Assembly: GCA_026026165.1 (NCBI GenBank)
Contig: JAPEUD010000093.1
Span: 1-64,000 of the forward strand
Reading direction: 5' to 3'
Source of the DNA: Sarea resinae
Taxonomy: Eukaryota
DNA: 64,000 nt
Shown: positions 11,766 through 23,474 of the stretch, in pieces
How the letters are laid out: each line of letters starts with the position of its first letter
Numbering within the stretch: the first letter of the stretch is position 1
Notes under the pieces: model-generated
Told to the model about the DNA's origin: nothing
Seen by the model: the letters and a program-made list of their open reading frames with translations, nothing else
Database searches by the model: none
Made by a program: the position numbers and the translations under genes

Positions 11766-11856
11766 TCATCTTTTGCAACTTCTCACACCTTCACACGTTC
11801 CTTTACGCTCATTTTGCAACTTCTCACACCTTCACACCTTCCTTTGCGCTCATTTC
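11766..11856. repeat. 41-bp tandem duplication directly upstream of an ORF start
   Basis: TTTTGCAACTTCTCACACCTTCACAC.TTCCTTT.CGCTCA twice. Confidence 0.85.
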
Positions 11857-11861
11857 CCAGC

Positions 11862-13274
11862 ATGGCACCAGCGGACCCAGATCCTAGTGATTCGTCATTT
11901 ACTGTCACAGGAGACGGCGGACAGCATCAAGCCCAATTCGTTGGACCTTATGAGTTCCCTGAAGCGGATATGAGGATCATCGACGATATCCTCAGCACTG
12001 TATCGCCGCACCGCAACGCATCTCATCAGTCACAGTACACAATGGAACGTGCTATCAACAACAAGAACGACACAGAACCAGAGCTTTACGAAGATAAGGA
12101 GATGGACTATAGAGTCGATGGCGGAGGAGACAAACGAGCAATTACCGACAGAGTAATCATTGGGGAAGTTGCCGACGATCCCACCCCTAAGCGCGCGGTT
12201 TACAGATGGATTGGGTTGGACGGAAGACTCGTTCGCCGACCTGCACCAGTCACAACCCTGGGACGGAAAATCGATAATTGCAAGGAGGAAACTGGTTATC
12301 CAATTCGGTATGGAGTGGCGATTCATCGAGAGAAAATTCGCTTTATTCCACCTTTGCAAGGGGTCACAGAGGAGCAAGAACTGAGGTGGCTGTTTGAGGC
12401 GATTAAAAACCCACAAACGCGCGATCTCGCCAACATTCCACCGGTTTTCACTAATTGGGACGAAGTCCAAGGGCTTTTCAATTCCACTAGTCGCTGTCAA
12501 GCTCACACACGACGTCATCTGAAAGGCAAGGCGAAAGGAAAACAACCTGGCCAGTTGGAATTAGACCCTATAGACCCAGGAAGTTACCTGTCACTAGGAC
12601 AGCGAGGCAAGGTCATCGACCTCGGCATGTCACATCCACCAACGCCTGGATCTCCATCTCAAACTCCTCCGCACCCTAATTACCCAGTCATGTCAATGTC
12701 AGCCAACGTAACCCCATCACTCAGACGCAAGCGCAACTTCGACGACTTTGGCAGTCCCATCGTGGAAAACAGTAACATACCTAAGCCATCTCTAAGCGCA
12801 GGAGCACGTTTGTTCGCAACACCAATTACGAAGACGACTACCTCTACCTCTACTCGCCCTACTCTTACTCGACCTCAGGATTCAGTCACTGAGGATGCAG
12901 CTACTAATAACGACGGAGCCAAGTATGACATTTGTACCATCAAGAATCGACTGGGAATGTCATCAGGACTGGATGCAACTGGGACGGCGGTAGGGAACGA
13001 TAATGAGCATGGTGTTGGACGGCTCATTGAGAGTTTAGGGTACGCACGCAACAGGGAACATCACTACCGGCAGTTACTATCAGGACTGTTAGCAAAGGTC
13101 GTTTGGTCATTAGAACAAACGGATCACGAATATGCCAACCAACGACTTGCCGATTACTTGTCTACAATGAGCCACCAATTTCAGGAAGCAGGCATGACGT
13201 TTCGTGACGTTCTAGCTGACGGTGAACAGCAACTGTCAATTCCCAAGGGGGAAGGTTCTCTTCCTAATCAGTGA
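11862..13274 (+). CDS. Hypothetical protein (~470 aa): ordered central and C-terminal helical segments joined by an S/T/P-rich linker
   Basis: Long uninterrupted ORF, first ATG at 11862 (MAPADP); basic RRKR patch; no recognised domain. Confidence 0.7.
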   Translation: MAPADPDPSDSSFTVTGDGGQHQAQFVGPYEFPEADMRIIDDILSTVSPHRNASHQSQYTMERAINNKNDTEPELYEDKEMDYRVDGGGDKRAITDRVIIGEVADDPTPKRAVYRWIGLDGRLVRRPAPVTTLGRKIDNCKEETGYPIRYGVAIHREKIRFIPPLQGVTEEQELRWLFEAIKNPQTRDLANIPPVFTNWDEVQGLFNSTSRCQAHTRRHLKGKAKGKQPGQLELDPIDPGSYLSLGQRGKVIDLGMSHPPTPGSPSQTPPHPNYPVMSMSANVTPSLRRKRNFDDFGSPIVENSNIPKPSLSAGARLFATPITKTTTSTSTRPTLTRPQDSVTEDAATNNDGAKYDICTIKNRLGMSSGLDATGTAVGNDNEHGVGRLIESLGYARNREHHYRQLLSGLLAKVVWSLEQTDHEYANQRLADYLSTMSHQFQEAGMTFRDVLADGEQQLSIPKGEGSLPNQ

Positions 13275-14316
13275 ACGAAATCAAAGGGTTGTTAGGAAGT
13301 GAGATAGGAATTTGACTAGTTAGGGGACAAGGGTTTTACAAATCAGTATATTGGTTTTGATCTGTACTCTGTAGCTAGCATCTAAGCAATTACCTGCATT
13401 AGTAACTAATCGACTTAGTGCAACAGGCAAACATAGATACAACCCGTCCTTAATCAACAATAAAAAAACATGAGAGGACGAACAGATATTGACGTAGCTC
13501 TATTATTAGCAGGTCTACTTCTGACCTTCAGAAAGACGTAACCTGTGGCGGCTCACAAGGAAGGACGTTCTCGGCCCCTTGGAGAGTGATTTGCCAGCGC
13601 GGACGCAATTGCTGTGCTCTCAAGGCAGACCAAAGATAATTGCACAAGACACACAGCAAGACTAGCGGGATGCATTGCTGCTTAGATGCTGTTGCTGAAA
13701 ACGATCCGGTCGCCGATCTCTGCGAGGTCACGGAGAGAAAGCGACGCGGTTTCCGTGTATGCTCGCTCCGGGACCCTTTTGAGGAGAGATTGGCTGATGT
13801 CAAGCTTCTGTGCCTGACTCGGTGGCGGTGACTATGAGCGGGCCGCTGTAGGCGGGGTTTCTTCGGCGACAATTGCGGGGTTGCGGAGTTCTCGAGGCAA
13901 CTCCACACGGGTAAATAAATCCTTAGCGAAGCGAGTCTTGAATGAGTCGTGTCTCCGCAAAGATTTGACCCTGATCCTGGCTTCCCAGACTTGATCGGTC
14001 GGAAAGACGTTTCGGCGATCTCACTTGAAAGGAACATTTCGGGGCGATCCCGATTTCTAGACTTCCATTGGCGAGGTTGCTACTGGCTCGGCATTGTGAC
14101 GTTGTCTGTGGCACGTCCGAACACGTATTTGGCTGTGTGATCTACGTGGATACCGGCGGCGCCTGGTGGAGAAGAAGACGATCTCACGTAACTGCTATTC
14201 CTATCTGCTTTTTTGTCTAAATGCCAGTCGTGTTCCACCTGCCAGAATGAATTTATCCCAACACCGTTTGGAATCGCCCTCGAGTCTCTTTTGACAGATC
14301 TCCAGCTTAGTTCATC

Positions 14317-17300
14317 ATGGAGTCAATCAGTGAATTGGATGGCAAAGCATTCCCGGAAAACCTTCCGGACCTCGTCGAGCGTCTTCAAGAGTCCATTCAG
14401 AGCCATCCCGGCAATCTAGCATTGGTGTGCACACACCAGCCGGCAGACCTTTATGGGATCGGTAGTGTCGCTCTTGACGACGATGAATACCGGCGCCAAC
14501 CGTATCTACGATGGACCTACAAGACTCTCGATGAAAGCATCGATCGACTAGCCAACGCTTTGGAAAGCCGCGGAGTCTCGCAAGGCACCCCATTGTTCAT
14601 ATTCGTGGCTAACACGGCAGAGTACGTTCTGGCTTCCTGGGCCGCTTACCGTCTTGGCTGTGTCCATGTTCCGATAAACCCCAGCAACCTGTCCAATACC
14701 GAGGAAGTCAAGCACATGATACGCACGGTCGTGGGATTGCACAAATCTCAGCCGGTTGCGATACTGGCGGGCAGCCCTGACTTGGCTCGGCGAATCGATG
14801 ACCTCAATCTAGGGTTGGACTCGGTTAAAATCGCTGTGGACGGTCCAGCTGGCGGATGGATCCCTTTCGACGACTTGATGAAAGCAGTGGATACGCCGTC
14901 CGAGCCTATCCAACAGCGGTACTCTAGGAGTCAGTCTTCGGACACATCCATATTCTTCACGAGCGGCACCACTTCTCTTCCCAAAGGCTGCTTCACAAGA
15001 GGTTCACCCTTTATTGCTTCACTCGAGTGGCGCCATAGCCATGGGGCTGCATTGGCAGGCGATGCGACTGCCGTGGTTGTTCCTAATAACCACGCGATCG
15101 GCTTCATCTGCCTGATGACGACTCTTACTCATGGAGCAACCGTGGTATTTCCCGGGCCGACTTTCGCCCCTCAGGCCATGATGGATGCGATGCAACGGGA
15201 GAGATGTACCCATACCGCTATGGTGCCAACGATGATACACGCTCTCATGGGTGTAAAACCATCTGACGGAGGAACGCTCGATTCTCTCAAGGGAATCATG
15301 CTGGCGGGTTCGCTCCTGACGCCAGAAATACTCCGACTTTGCCAAGAGGAATTCGGCGCGTCTGGCGTGGAGAATATGTACGGAATGACGGAAGGTGTTC
15401 TTGTATCCACCGGACATGTTCAGGACATCAGTGACATTGTCAAGGGAGGTGATGTAGCGATTGGTATACCGGCAGGAGGCTCAAAGATACGGATATGTGC
15501 TCCTGGTGAACGAACTCCGCTCCCAAGAGGAATTGCGGGTGAGCTGCATTTCTCCGGTCGTCAACTGATCGGAGAATATATAAGCAAGAAAGTTGACGAC
15601 TTCTATAACGGGGATGATGGGCGCAAATGGTTCATTACTGGAGACCAAGCACTCATAGATGCGGATGGTCGTCTATACATTGTCGGACGATACAAAGACA
15701 TGATCATTCGAGGAGGAGAAAATATTGCCCCCGGAGCAATTGAATCGCTCTTGGGCAAGACTCCCGAACTGCGCGCCCTTGGTCCACAGATCGTTGGAGC
15801 GCCAGATCCTATAGCCGGTGAGGTCCCGGTAGCTGTCGTCAGCCAAGATATTGGGCATGATCTGGTCAAGCTACTTCAAGACACGATCCTTGCCAACATG
15901 GGAGCAAGATATGTGCCGGACGACGTGCTGTCGTTACAATCGCTCGGACTTGAGGACTACCCTAGAACCATGGCAGGAAAGGTACAAAAGACAAAGCTGG
16001 CGTCGCTTGTACGCAAGTATCGAGAGAGTCAAGAGTCTGCGCCCATAAACGGTTCTTTTGATCGGTCGGTCCTCGAGGAGACGGTCAAACGAATCTGGGC
16101 GCATGTGGTGGGCCTGGATGTCAGCGAGGTTGATACGGACGCTCGCATCTCGGATTTTTCCGACAGCATTACGCTGATGATGGTGCGGGAGAAGATCAGG
16201 AAGGAGACGGGCAGAAGCGTGCCATTGTCCGAGTGGGCTGCCGTCCATACTATCTCAGCCCAGATCAAGCTACTCGAGAACGCCAAGACTGATCAGCAAG
16301 CAAGACCAGCGACTGCACGCACACGACGTCCAGGCCCACCAGCGGTGGATGATATGGTTCATGCCGCAGGTGATTCGAATCTGTTTGAAGCCACGAAAGA
16401 CCTCATCGAGAAAACTATTGCTCCATTCGGCTTGGGCTGGAAAGACGTTGAAGATGTCATGCCAGCGACGGACTTTATTCAGGCAATCTGTAGAACTCAG
16501 GTGGTGGATACTTGGAATATTCGCACTGCCATACTTACAAATGGAGCTGATACCAAGGTGAGTCACTTAAGATATCCGGGTCAATGTGTCCGAACTGATA
16601 TGAATAGCAACTACGCTCGGCACTTGAGAGAACTCTTGAGAATAATCCGCTCATGCTATCGTTCCTGGTCTTGGGCGAGTCAACTCTTGGACCCGACCTT
16701 GCTCTCTACGTGACGGTATCCAACACCAAGGAGCTTCTCGATCAATGCATCCTCGACCATGGAGTTGTTGACACGTTGGAAGACGTCAGGAACATCACCA
16801 TGCACTACCCTTACAAAGACCACGCCATGCTTCCAGGGCCACTATTCCGGGCTATTACGGTCTTTGTCAAAGAGACAAAGAGCGCCGCTCTAGTATATAA
16901 TGGTGAGCCTCTCTCTAATATCCTTCCACTCTTACTGATCAGTCACAGCTTCGCACGCTATCCTTGACGCAACCTATCACAACATGTTCAATGAAGACCT
17001 TGATATAGCCCTATCTGGTATGACGCTCTCGCCACATACCTCCTATAAAGCCTGGGCGGATTCATATCACTCTCTACGCACCTCTCCTTCCGCTCTGGGG
17101 GCGGTGGCCTATCATATGACCCACCTTCGCACCCTTCTTGAGCACAAGCACGCTCTCTGGCCTCTCTCAACCCCTACTCTTACCGTCGCCCCCGAACGCG
17201 CTTCCATCGACGGCCACTTCACGACCTTCTCGGCGCCCGGCATCCTCTCCCTTCGCCGTACACACCCAGCCCTAACTGCCACCGTCGTCCTGAAAGCGGC

Positions 17301-17925
17301 AACCGCCCTACTTGCCCTTTATCACACCAAACACTCACACGCCTTATTTGTTAACCTCGAAGCCGCACGCTCTCACTTCCCCTTCATCCCCACTTCCCTC
17401 TCGGCCGTCGGCAACTTTGAAGCCGCTGATGTTGCCGGTCCGACCTTCAATGCCGTCCTCAATATCGTGACCATCCATCCGGGCGAAACTGTCCTTCAGT
17501 TCCTCCACCGCATGCAAGGGACTCAGACTGACCTAATACGACACGCCAACGCCCCATGGCACGAAATCGCGCGTCAGATTGGCCCGCCTGCAGGCGATCT
17601 TCTGCCTCAGGTTGCGGACTCTCTTATTTTCAACTGGATGCCGGGGCTCGGCGCTGCGGCCGGAGGCATGAATCCGCGTGCTCACATGCAGGTGATGCAG
17701 GTATGTATTAGGACGAAGCTCGGGATGCTGGTCAATGCCGGCATGGGTGGGAAAGACGGGAGTCAAATAGTGCTACATCTGCAGGGTGCGTTGGCAAATA
17801 CATCGACAGAGGGCATTCAGTGGGTGGCAGAGGGGTTAGAAAAGATCTCCACGTGGCTGGCCGAAAAGGACAGCTGGGACCAGCCGGTCGAGACGTTCAC
17901 TGAATGTTTGGGTGTAGCTACCTGA
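14317..17925 (+). CDS. NRPS-like enzyme: acyl-CoA-ligase-type adenylation domain, thiolation domain, condensation-like domain (A-T-C)
   Basis: A motifs FTSGTTSLPKG, YGMTE, GELH, TGD, GRYKDMIIRGGENI. Carrier motif FSDSITL. After splicing introns ~16558-16607 and ~16903-16948 the C motif SHAILDA (HxxxD) is formed. Confidence 0.88.
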
Positions 17926-18590
17926 CAAGTTACTGCGCTATGAAATTGATGTCAGATTCACGCGGTTTTCATAGGTTTGACTTACATGACACGGATTTTA
18001 GAGTTGGCTTTTTTAAGCTCAACGTTTTTCGAAGTCATGCGATACATCAGTAGTCGGGCTTTCGCATCTACACCCGCGCCCCAAATGCAATTTCTGGGTA
18101 TAAAGAGAGGCGGAGGAAGGTGGTCGTCCTTCAGCCTCGACTGCAGTGGGGGCGGCGCAACGTGAACACAAGTCATCATCAAGAGTTCAAAGCTATGTGC
18201 ACGTAGAAGTAGCAATGCTTTGTAGGAGTAAATTTGTTTGCAGGCTGGCAGCGAAGTGAGAAGAAATCTACCGAGTTCGGCGGCGACTGACTGGTTTGCC
18301 GAGGCAGATTGCTATCTTGTTAGCTTCTATGATATAAGACATAGTGCCACCCTAGGCAGGCGTGTGCAGTGCACAGCCGTTCCGTGTAACCAATTGTTTT
18401 CCCACGGCTACATTCGGTTATAGTAATCAGGCACCAGCGAGGCTACAGTGCTAGCTTCCAAGAAGCCAGCGTTTAAATCAAATACAAAGTCGGTGCCTAC
18501 AGGCAATTATCAAGATCAAAGGATCGAACCTCACGCGGCAGTGCCTTGCACTATCCAGTGCTTTTTCGAATGCACCTCTAATAGTCTACC

Positions 18591-19730
18591 ATGGCCACCT
18601 TCGACGAGGATTTCACATCCTTAATCACATCGGTACCGGCCAATCTCAACGAGATCGGCTCCTACATCCAGAATACAGATTTTGTGGATGAGAAATATAG
18701 AGGGGTCCTAAACCGCCACGACTCCTCAGAGCCCCTCGAATATCTCAAGGAATGGTGCTGGACTCAGACTTGGGATGAGTATTTTTCGCACGTCATGGAC
18801 CTGTGGGACGACGACAAGATGAGTGCTATGCGATTGAATGCTATCATCGAGAGGCTGAGCGCGCCTACCGCGAGGCTGGACGCCTTGGTCCCGAAAATGG
18901 AGAGCGAATGTCAGCGATTTCGGAATATGCCCGGGAGTGTTGTTAGGAACGCGAGAGAGATGCACACGAGCGTCAATAGCTTTTTGAACAGCGCAGATGA
19001 CGGGCTGAATTACTGGAAGAGGGAAGAAAGTGTGTCATTCCAGCCTGTGACATTTTCAGGATTGTAGTATCGTGAGAAGGCTTGCTGACCAGACAGACAT
19101 CTTGGTCGAGAGTGAGATCCGACAGCGGAGGCCTATCACCAGGCAAAGTCCTGCTACTCACAACTCGGAGTCAGATGCTGAGGCTGAGAGGACCAGAGTA
19201 AAGTTACATGATGGCGCATCCGGCCCGATATCTGTGTGGCGGACATTATTCACTGTGAGACTATCGAACACTTCGCAGTTTGATACTATCACTAATTGTG
19301 GATCGTGCAGAGCGACCGCGCATTGCTTACTTTGACTAGCATTATATCTCTCCTATCCTGCTATCTCCAAAGCACAGCATTTTCCCTCTCTACTAATCTT
19401 TCTAGTAATAAGAGGGGAAGTGTTAGTGAGCCTGATTTCTATAATGCCCTTCAGACGTTCTGGATGCAAATGTTGTCGTTGTATACGGCTGTAGCTCCTG
19501 CTCTCCGTTCCAGCGGCCTAAGATATGGATTTTGGACGTGGCTGTCATCGCTCTTGAGTTTGGTGTTAGGAGTCGCTAGCCTTGTTGTTTATCGTTTCTC
19601 CACGACGCTCTCACCTCTGCTAGCATTATTCTCGAATGTCTTGCAGGCATTGGTTACCCTACAGCTGGTTTTCTCCCTCGATTACAGAGACCAAGAAGTC
19701 CAAAGCGTGGATGTCAACAAAGAAGTTTGA
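18591..19730 (+). CDS. Hypothetical membrane protein: helical N-terminal region plus ~4 C-terminal hydrophobic helices; first junction unresolved
   Basis: Three consecutive plus-strand ORFs; intron ~19255-19310 (GTGAGA..CTAAT..CAG) joins TLFT to SDRALL; hydrophobic C-terminal segments. Confidence 0.55.
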
Positions 19731-20475
19731 AGGCTTCTTTCGATATCAATACACTATCGGGTCAGATATTGTTGGCTATTTTCGTACTTTGTAGAGGATA
19801 ACCACGACTTTATAAGCTCTATAGATAGACTTGTAGGATAATTTGACACGTATTCCAATGTCTCGTTCAAAGTAGTCGTTTTGATAAAATAGGCACGGCG
19901 GTTTGGCTCGAGTTTAAATCAAAGGGCACTATAGCCAACCTGCGGGCTCTGTGCCTTGTAGGGAATGCTACATAATTATGTCCTTCCTACTTGCTTTCAG
20001 CCATTTAGGATCTTGATGACATATTGAGTGGAAGAGTATGGCTTGAGTAGATATGTTACGAGAGACCTCTAAAATGAGAAAACACGGTGATAGTAGCTCA
20101 CAAGCGCTGCTGCACAGATGCAGAGGTTTGAAAGGGTAATGCCAGTATCATTTAGGACAAAACGACGTTTTGGCAGTCGCATCTTCAAGTTTTAAGGCCG
20201 CGTGCGCGGCGGGCAAATCGCTGAAGACCCTGTTCTACTCCAACTCTGAACTGACAATACCCATCTCACTCGGCCATGATAAGAGCACCTTTTAAATATT
20301 CAAATAGAGTCAGCTCTAACTACCGCCTCCTCTATCGGCTGCCCTATCGAGATCCCTCTCAATACGAAGGACAAGAGTATGGTTTCGCCGACGATAAGGA
20401 CCATCCAAAGCCAGAGGAATGGTATCTCAGCGCGCCCAGCACTTTAAAGGTTCTTGCTGTCATGTATCCAATATC

Positions 20476-22794
20476 CTATACCACACACCCATCACACAGC
20501 TTGCCCTCAGCCCCAACAACATTCCCCTTTTCGAGACTCTTGAAATCGCCAACCAGAACGCTTTTGTTAACCTCCTGCGTACTCGGGGGAACATCGTTCG
20601 CAGGGTTAAATAGCTCAAAATTGTAAGGCTTGAGGTGCACCTCTGCAATCTCCGCTGGCATGACCGGAAAGTCCTCCACGCGCGGGTTGTGCGTGAAGCC
20701 ATATGTGTGCCATATGACGATATCTTTATTGCGGACGGGCGCGTGCGAGACAATTGAAGGCCACGATGCGATTCCGGAGCCACCAATTGACTGATTAGTG
20801 TAATCGCCTGCTGGGAAAAGCTGCCGATCTTGGTAGGGTGTTACCCAAATGGCATGGTCTGCGTACTCAGAGCGCCGGGAATGCCAAGTTCCAGGATGGG
20901 CAAGAAGAAGCTGCGTGGAATGAGTCAAAAGTCACACGAGAGTTCGCAAGACTTACCTGGCTGACAATAGGCACTATTTTGTAACCAATTGGCGTCAGTG
21001 ATACAGGGTTTTCAACGTTCTCATTGATAATTTTGAAAACCCTGTTTCTCGTGACGTCGTTGTCAAAATGACCAGCCCGTGGTACGACTTCCTCCTTCGT
21101 AACGTAGCCTGTTCCATAAGGATTGAGTGTCTCATCCCAAGGTAGTGCTTCAGAATCGGTTAGTGTCAGGCTGTTTTCGTGACCTCCAATCGCCGGATCA
21201 ATGCGCAGGTTGAAAATATGCTGGTGATAAGGAGCCATGACGCCGTCGGCAACGCGAGTGCCCCATGGTACCTTTACCCCCTTTGCAATAGGCTGCGTAG
21301 AAAGAATACCAGTAGCGCGAGTTTGAAAGGTGATTGATCCGGACTGATCGAAAATCCAAGCAAAGATATACTCGTAATTGGCAACAGTGATGATTGTTTG
21401 CAGCACCAATTCTCGCTTTCGTACAACGACAGCCTTCCCTGTGCGATGGTTTGTATGCTTCCACTGAATGCCATTATCTTGTTCATGAATACAAATCGCG
21501 TTTGGACGTGGAGCAGGCGAACCATCCGAAGCCATCACACAGCCACTTACGTACTTTATAGCTCCCAAGCAGTCACAACCAACTGAAAGAATAGGCGTTA
21601 GCATTCAATTTATAGTATAGCGTAGCCCAAAGAAACACGTACGCTGCAGGTTGTTTGCCGTTACCCCAGCTCCAGCGTTGCCCAGATCAAATGCGCCTTT
21701 GCGATGAAGGGGCTCGCGGGGGTCACCATAGGGAACAAACATCTCGGAGAGAGACAACCGGTAGAAGTTGCTCTTACCGTCAAAAGACAAGTCGTGTAAG
21801 GTCAACCCTGTGTTATGGAAAGACTGTTTAGCCGCTGACTTCCTACTGGTATCAGGAAGACTTCCATAACGTACCCTCGCGCCAGTTGAAGCCAACACGG
21901 AAGCGGTGTTTCTCCCATTCAATAAGATGTCCTTTTACGTTAAATGACGGGCCGTTGGGCTGGACGACATTGTACGACTTCAGTGTTGTCCTGGGTGGGC
22001 TCTTTTGTAGTCTATGGTCGTACTCCGGCTCAGCTGGGTTGGACTCTTGGAGCGGAATAGCAGTTCCGACCTCTGTTGTCGCATGGTCGGAGCCTAGTGG
22101 AAGTCGTACAATGCACTTTACTTTCATGGTGAGAAGATCGACGATGACCATGAAGTCTAATGGAAATGCATAGTGGTTGGAGTCCGGATCATTGTTCTTC
22201 GGGTTCCTCATGTAGAAGAAGACCCGTAGTAAATGATTAGCCGCCTTCAAGCATTGAAGCGCTCATGAAGGACCGGACACTCACCTGCGTATGTCTTTCC
22301 TGAGTCTCCTTTCCATCTACCCCATAGTCCCACGGGTCAAGGACAACGGTGTTGTCTCCAAGCTTCAATCGCTCAATCTCCTTCTTCACTCCGCCATCCG
22401 CAAGAACTGCCTGGGCAGCCTCGTTAAGCTCAACCCGGTCAACTGGTCCATGGAAATCCCTTGGCATCTCCTTATGATGAATGATTTCTCGTGTACCAAC
22501 ATCAACGATGGCTTCGAAAAGTCGAGGAGTCCGCTTGATATACCACATGATGAAGATACATCTGGGAACTAATGGCGAGTTCAAACCAGCGTGTTCAGCC
22601 TCAAGGTATCTTACCATCAGAGCTTTCGGTGGCTCTTCAAGTCCGGCGGCCTTGAAGTGCAACAAGACATCGCCACCGTATGCTTTCTTGATGACATCTG
22701 AAGCGATCGTCAACTCTTTCGCGGTTGCTGGGTCGAGCGGATGAGGATATTGGTAGTCGCTATTCCTAACAGAAGACATGGCGGCAAGTTCCAT
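20476..22794 (-). CDS. Copper-containing amine oxidase (TPQ-dependent), multi-exon
   Basis: PHPLDP N-terminus, SLSEMFVPYGDP, AFDLG (catalytic Asp), TVANYEY (TPQ precursor), HQH copper ligands, HNPRVEDFPVMP. Start may be 22794 or 22779. Confidence 0.96.
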
Positions 22795-23474
22795 TAGTAT
22801 GGTCAATAAGCGGTCGTTGCGTTGCAGTCAATGGACCGTTCGTGCGCAAAGGCAACGGCAGAAGCTGGCGAACAGAAATACTCGAGATGCCCCGAGCTCT
22901 CGAAGATGCAAGTTATGAAGGACGGACAATTTCGCAAGCTACACGTCGTGGGCAAGATTGCCATAATATAGACGCACAAGACTCGAGCCGAGTCCCTGAC
23001 ACAAACAAAGATAGATTTACACCTCTCATAAAAAACAAGCATATCAAATTACCATACACAATTGTACAGGGCCCCGATGGTAATTGCAGAGGGGAGCCGA
23101 GTTCAGTAGCTTTCAGAGGACGTGATCTTTTAGTAGATGCTCAAGCATCTTCGAAGCGAGAGGACCTATCCTGCCGCCATTTGCCTATCTCACAGGGCCG
23201 AGTCAGCAATGGAAGACACTGAGTGGTCTATTGATTCCGCTATCGATTCCGCTAATTCCGCTAATCGATGGTGTCCACTCCGTCCCGGAATAACTGCGCC
23301 GTGCCTCGTTTAGCGTCCTTGGCCCGCATCTTGTCCCTCCCTCCCCACCATCTACTACTCTACGATACCATCCGCATCAAACCTCAACTTCATGCTCCGA
23401 TTTCGTCGCCCTTGGCTGATCGACTCGCATGAGAGAGGCATAACAGCCATGTCGGTAATCCTCTCAATATTAAC

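Noticed and set aside
900..13300. Telomere-linked RecQ helicase, telomeric retrotransposon or Starship captain
   Set aside because: No helicase, reverse transcriptase or tyrosine-recombinase motifs recognised in any listed ORF
13528..14140. Minus-strand ORFs upstream of the NRPS-like gene
   Set aside because: Fragmentary and without a recognisable domain; cannot distinguish relic from noise
20476..20500. CaaX prenylation signal on the amine oxidase (…GCVV)
   Set aside because: Cys is third, not fourth, from the C-terminus
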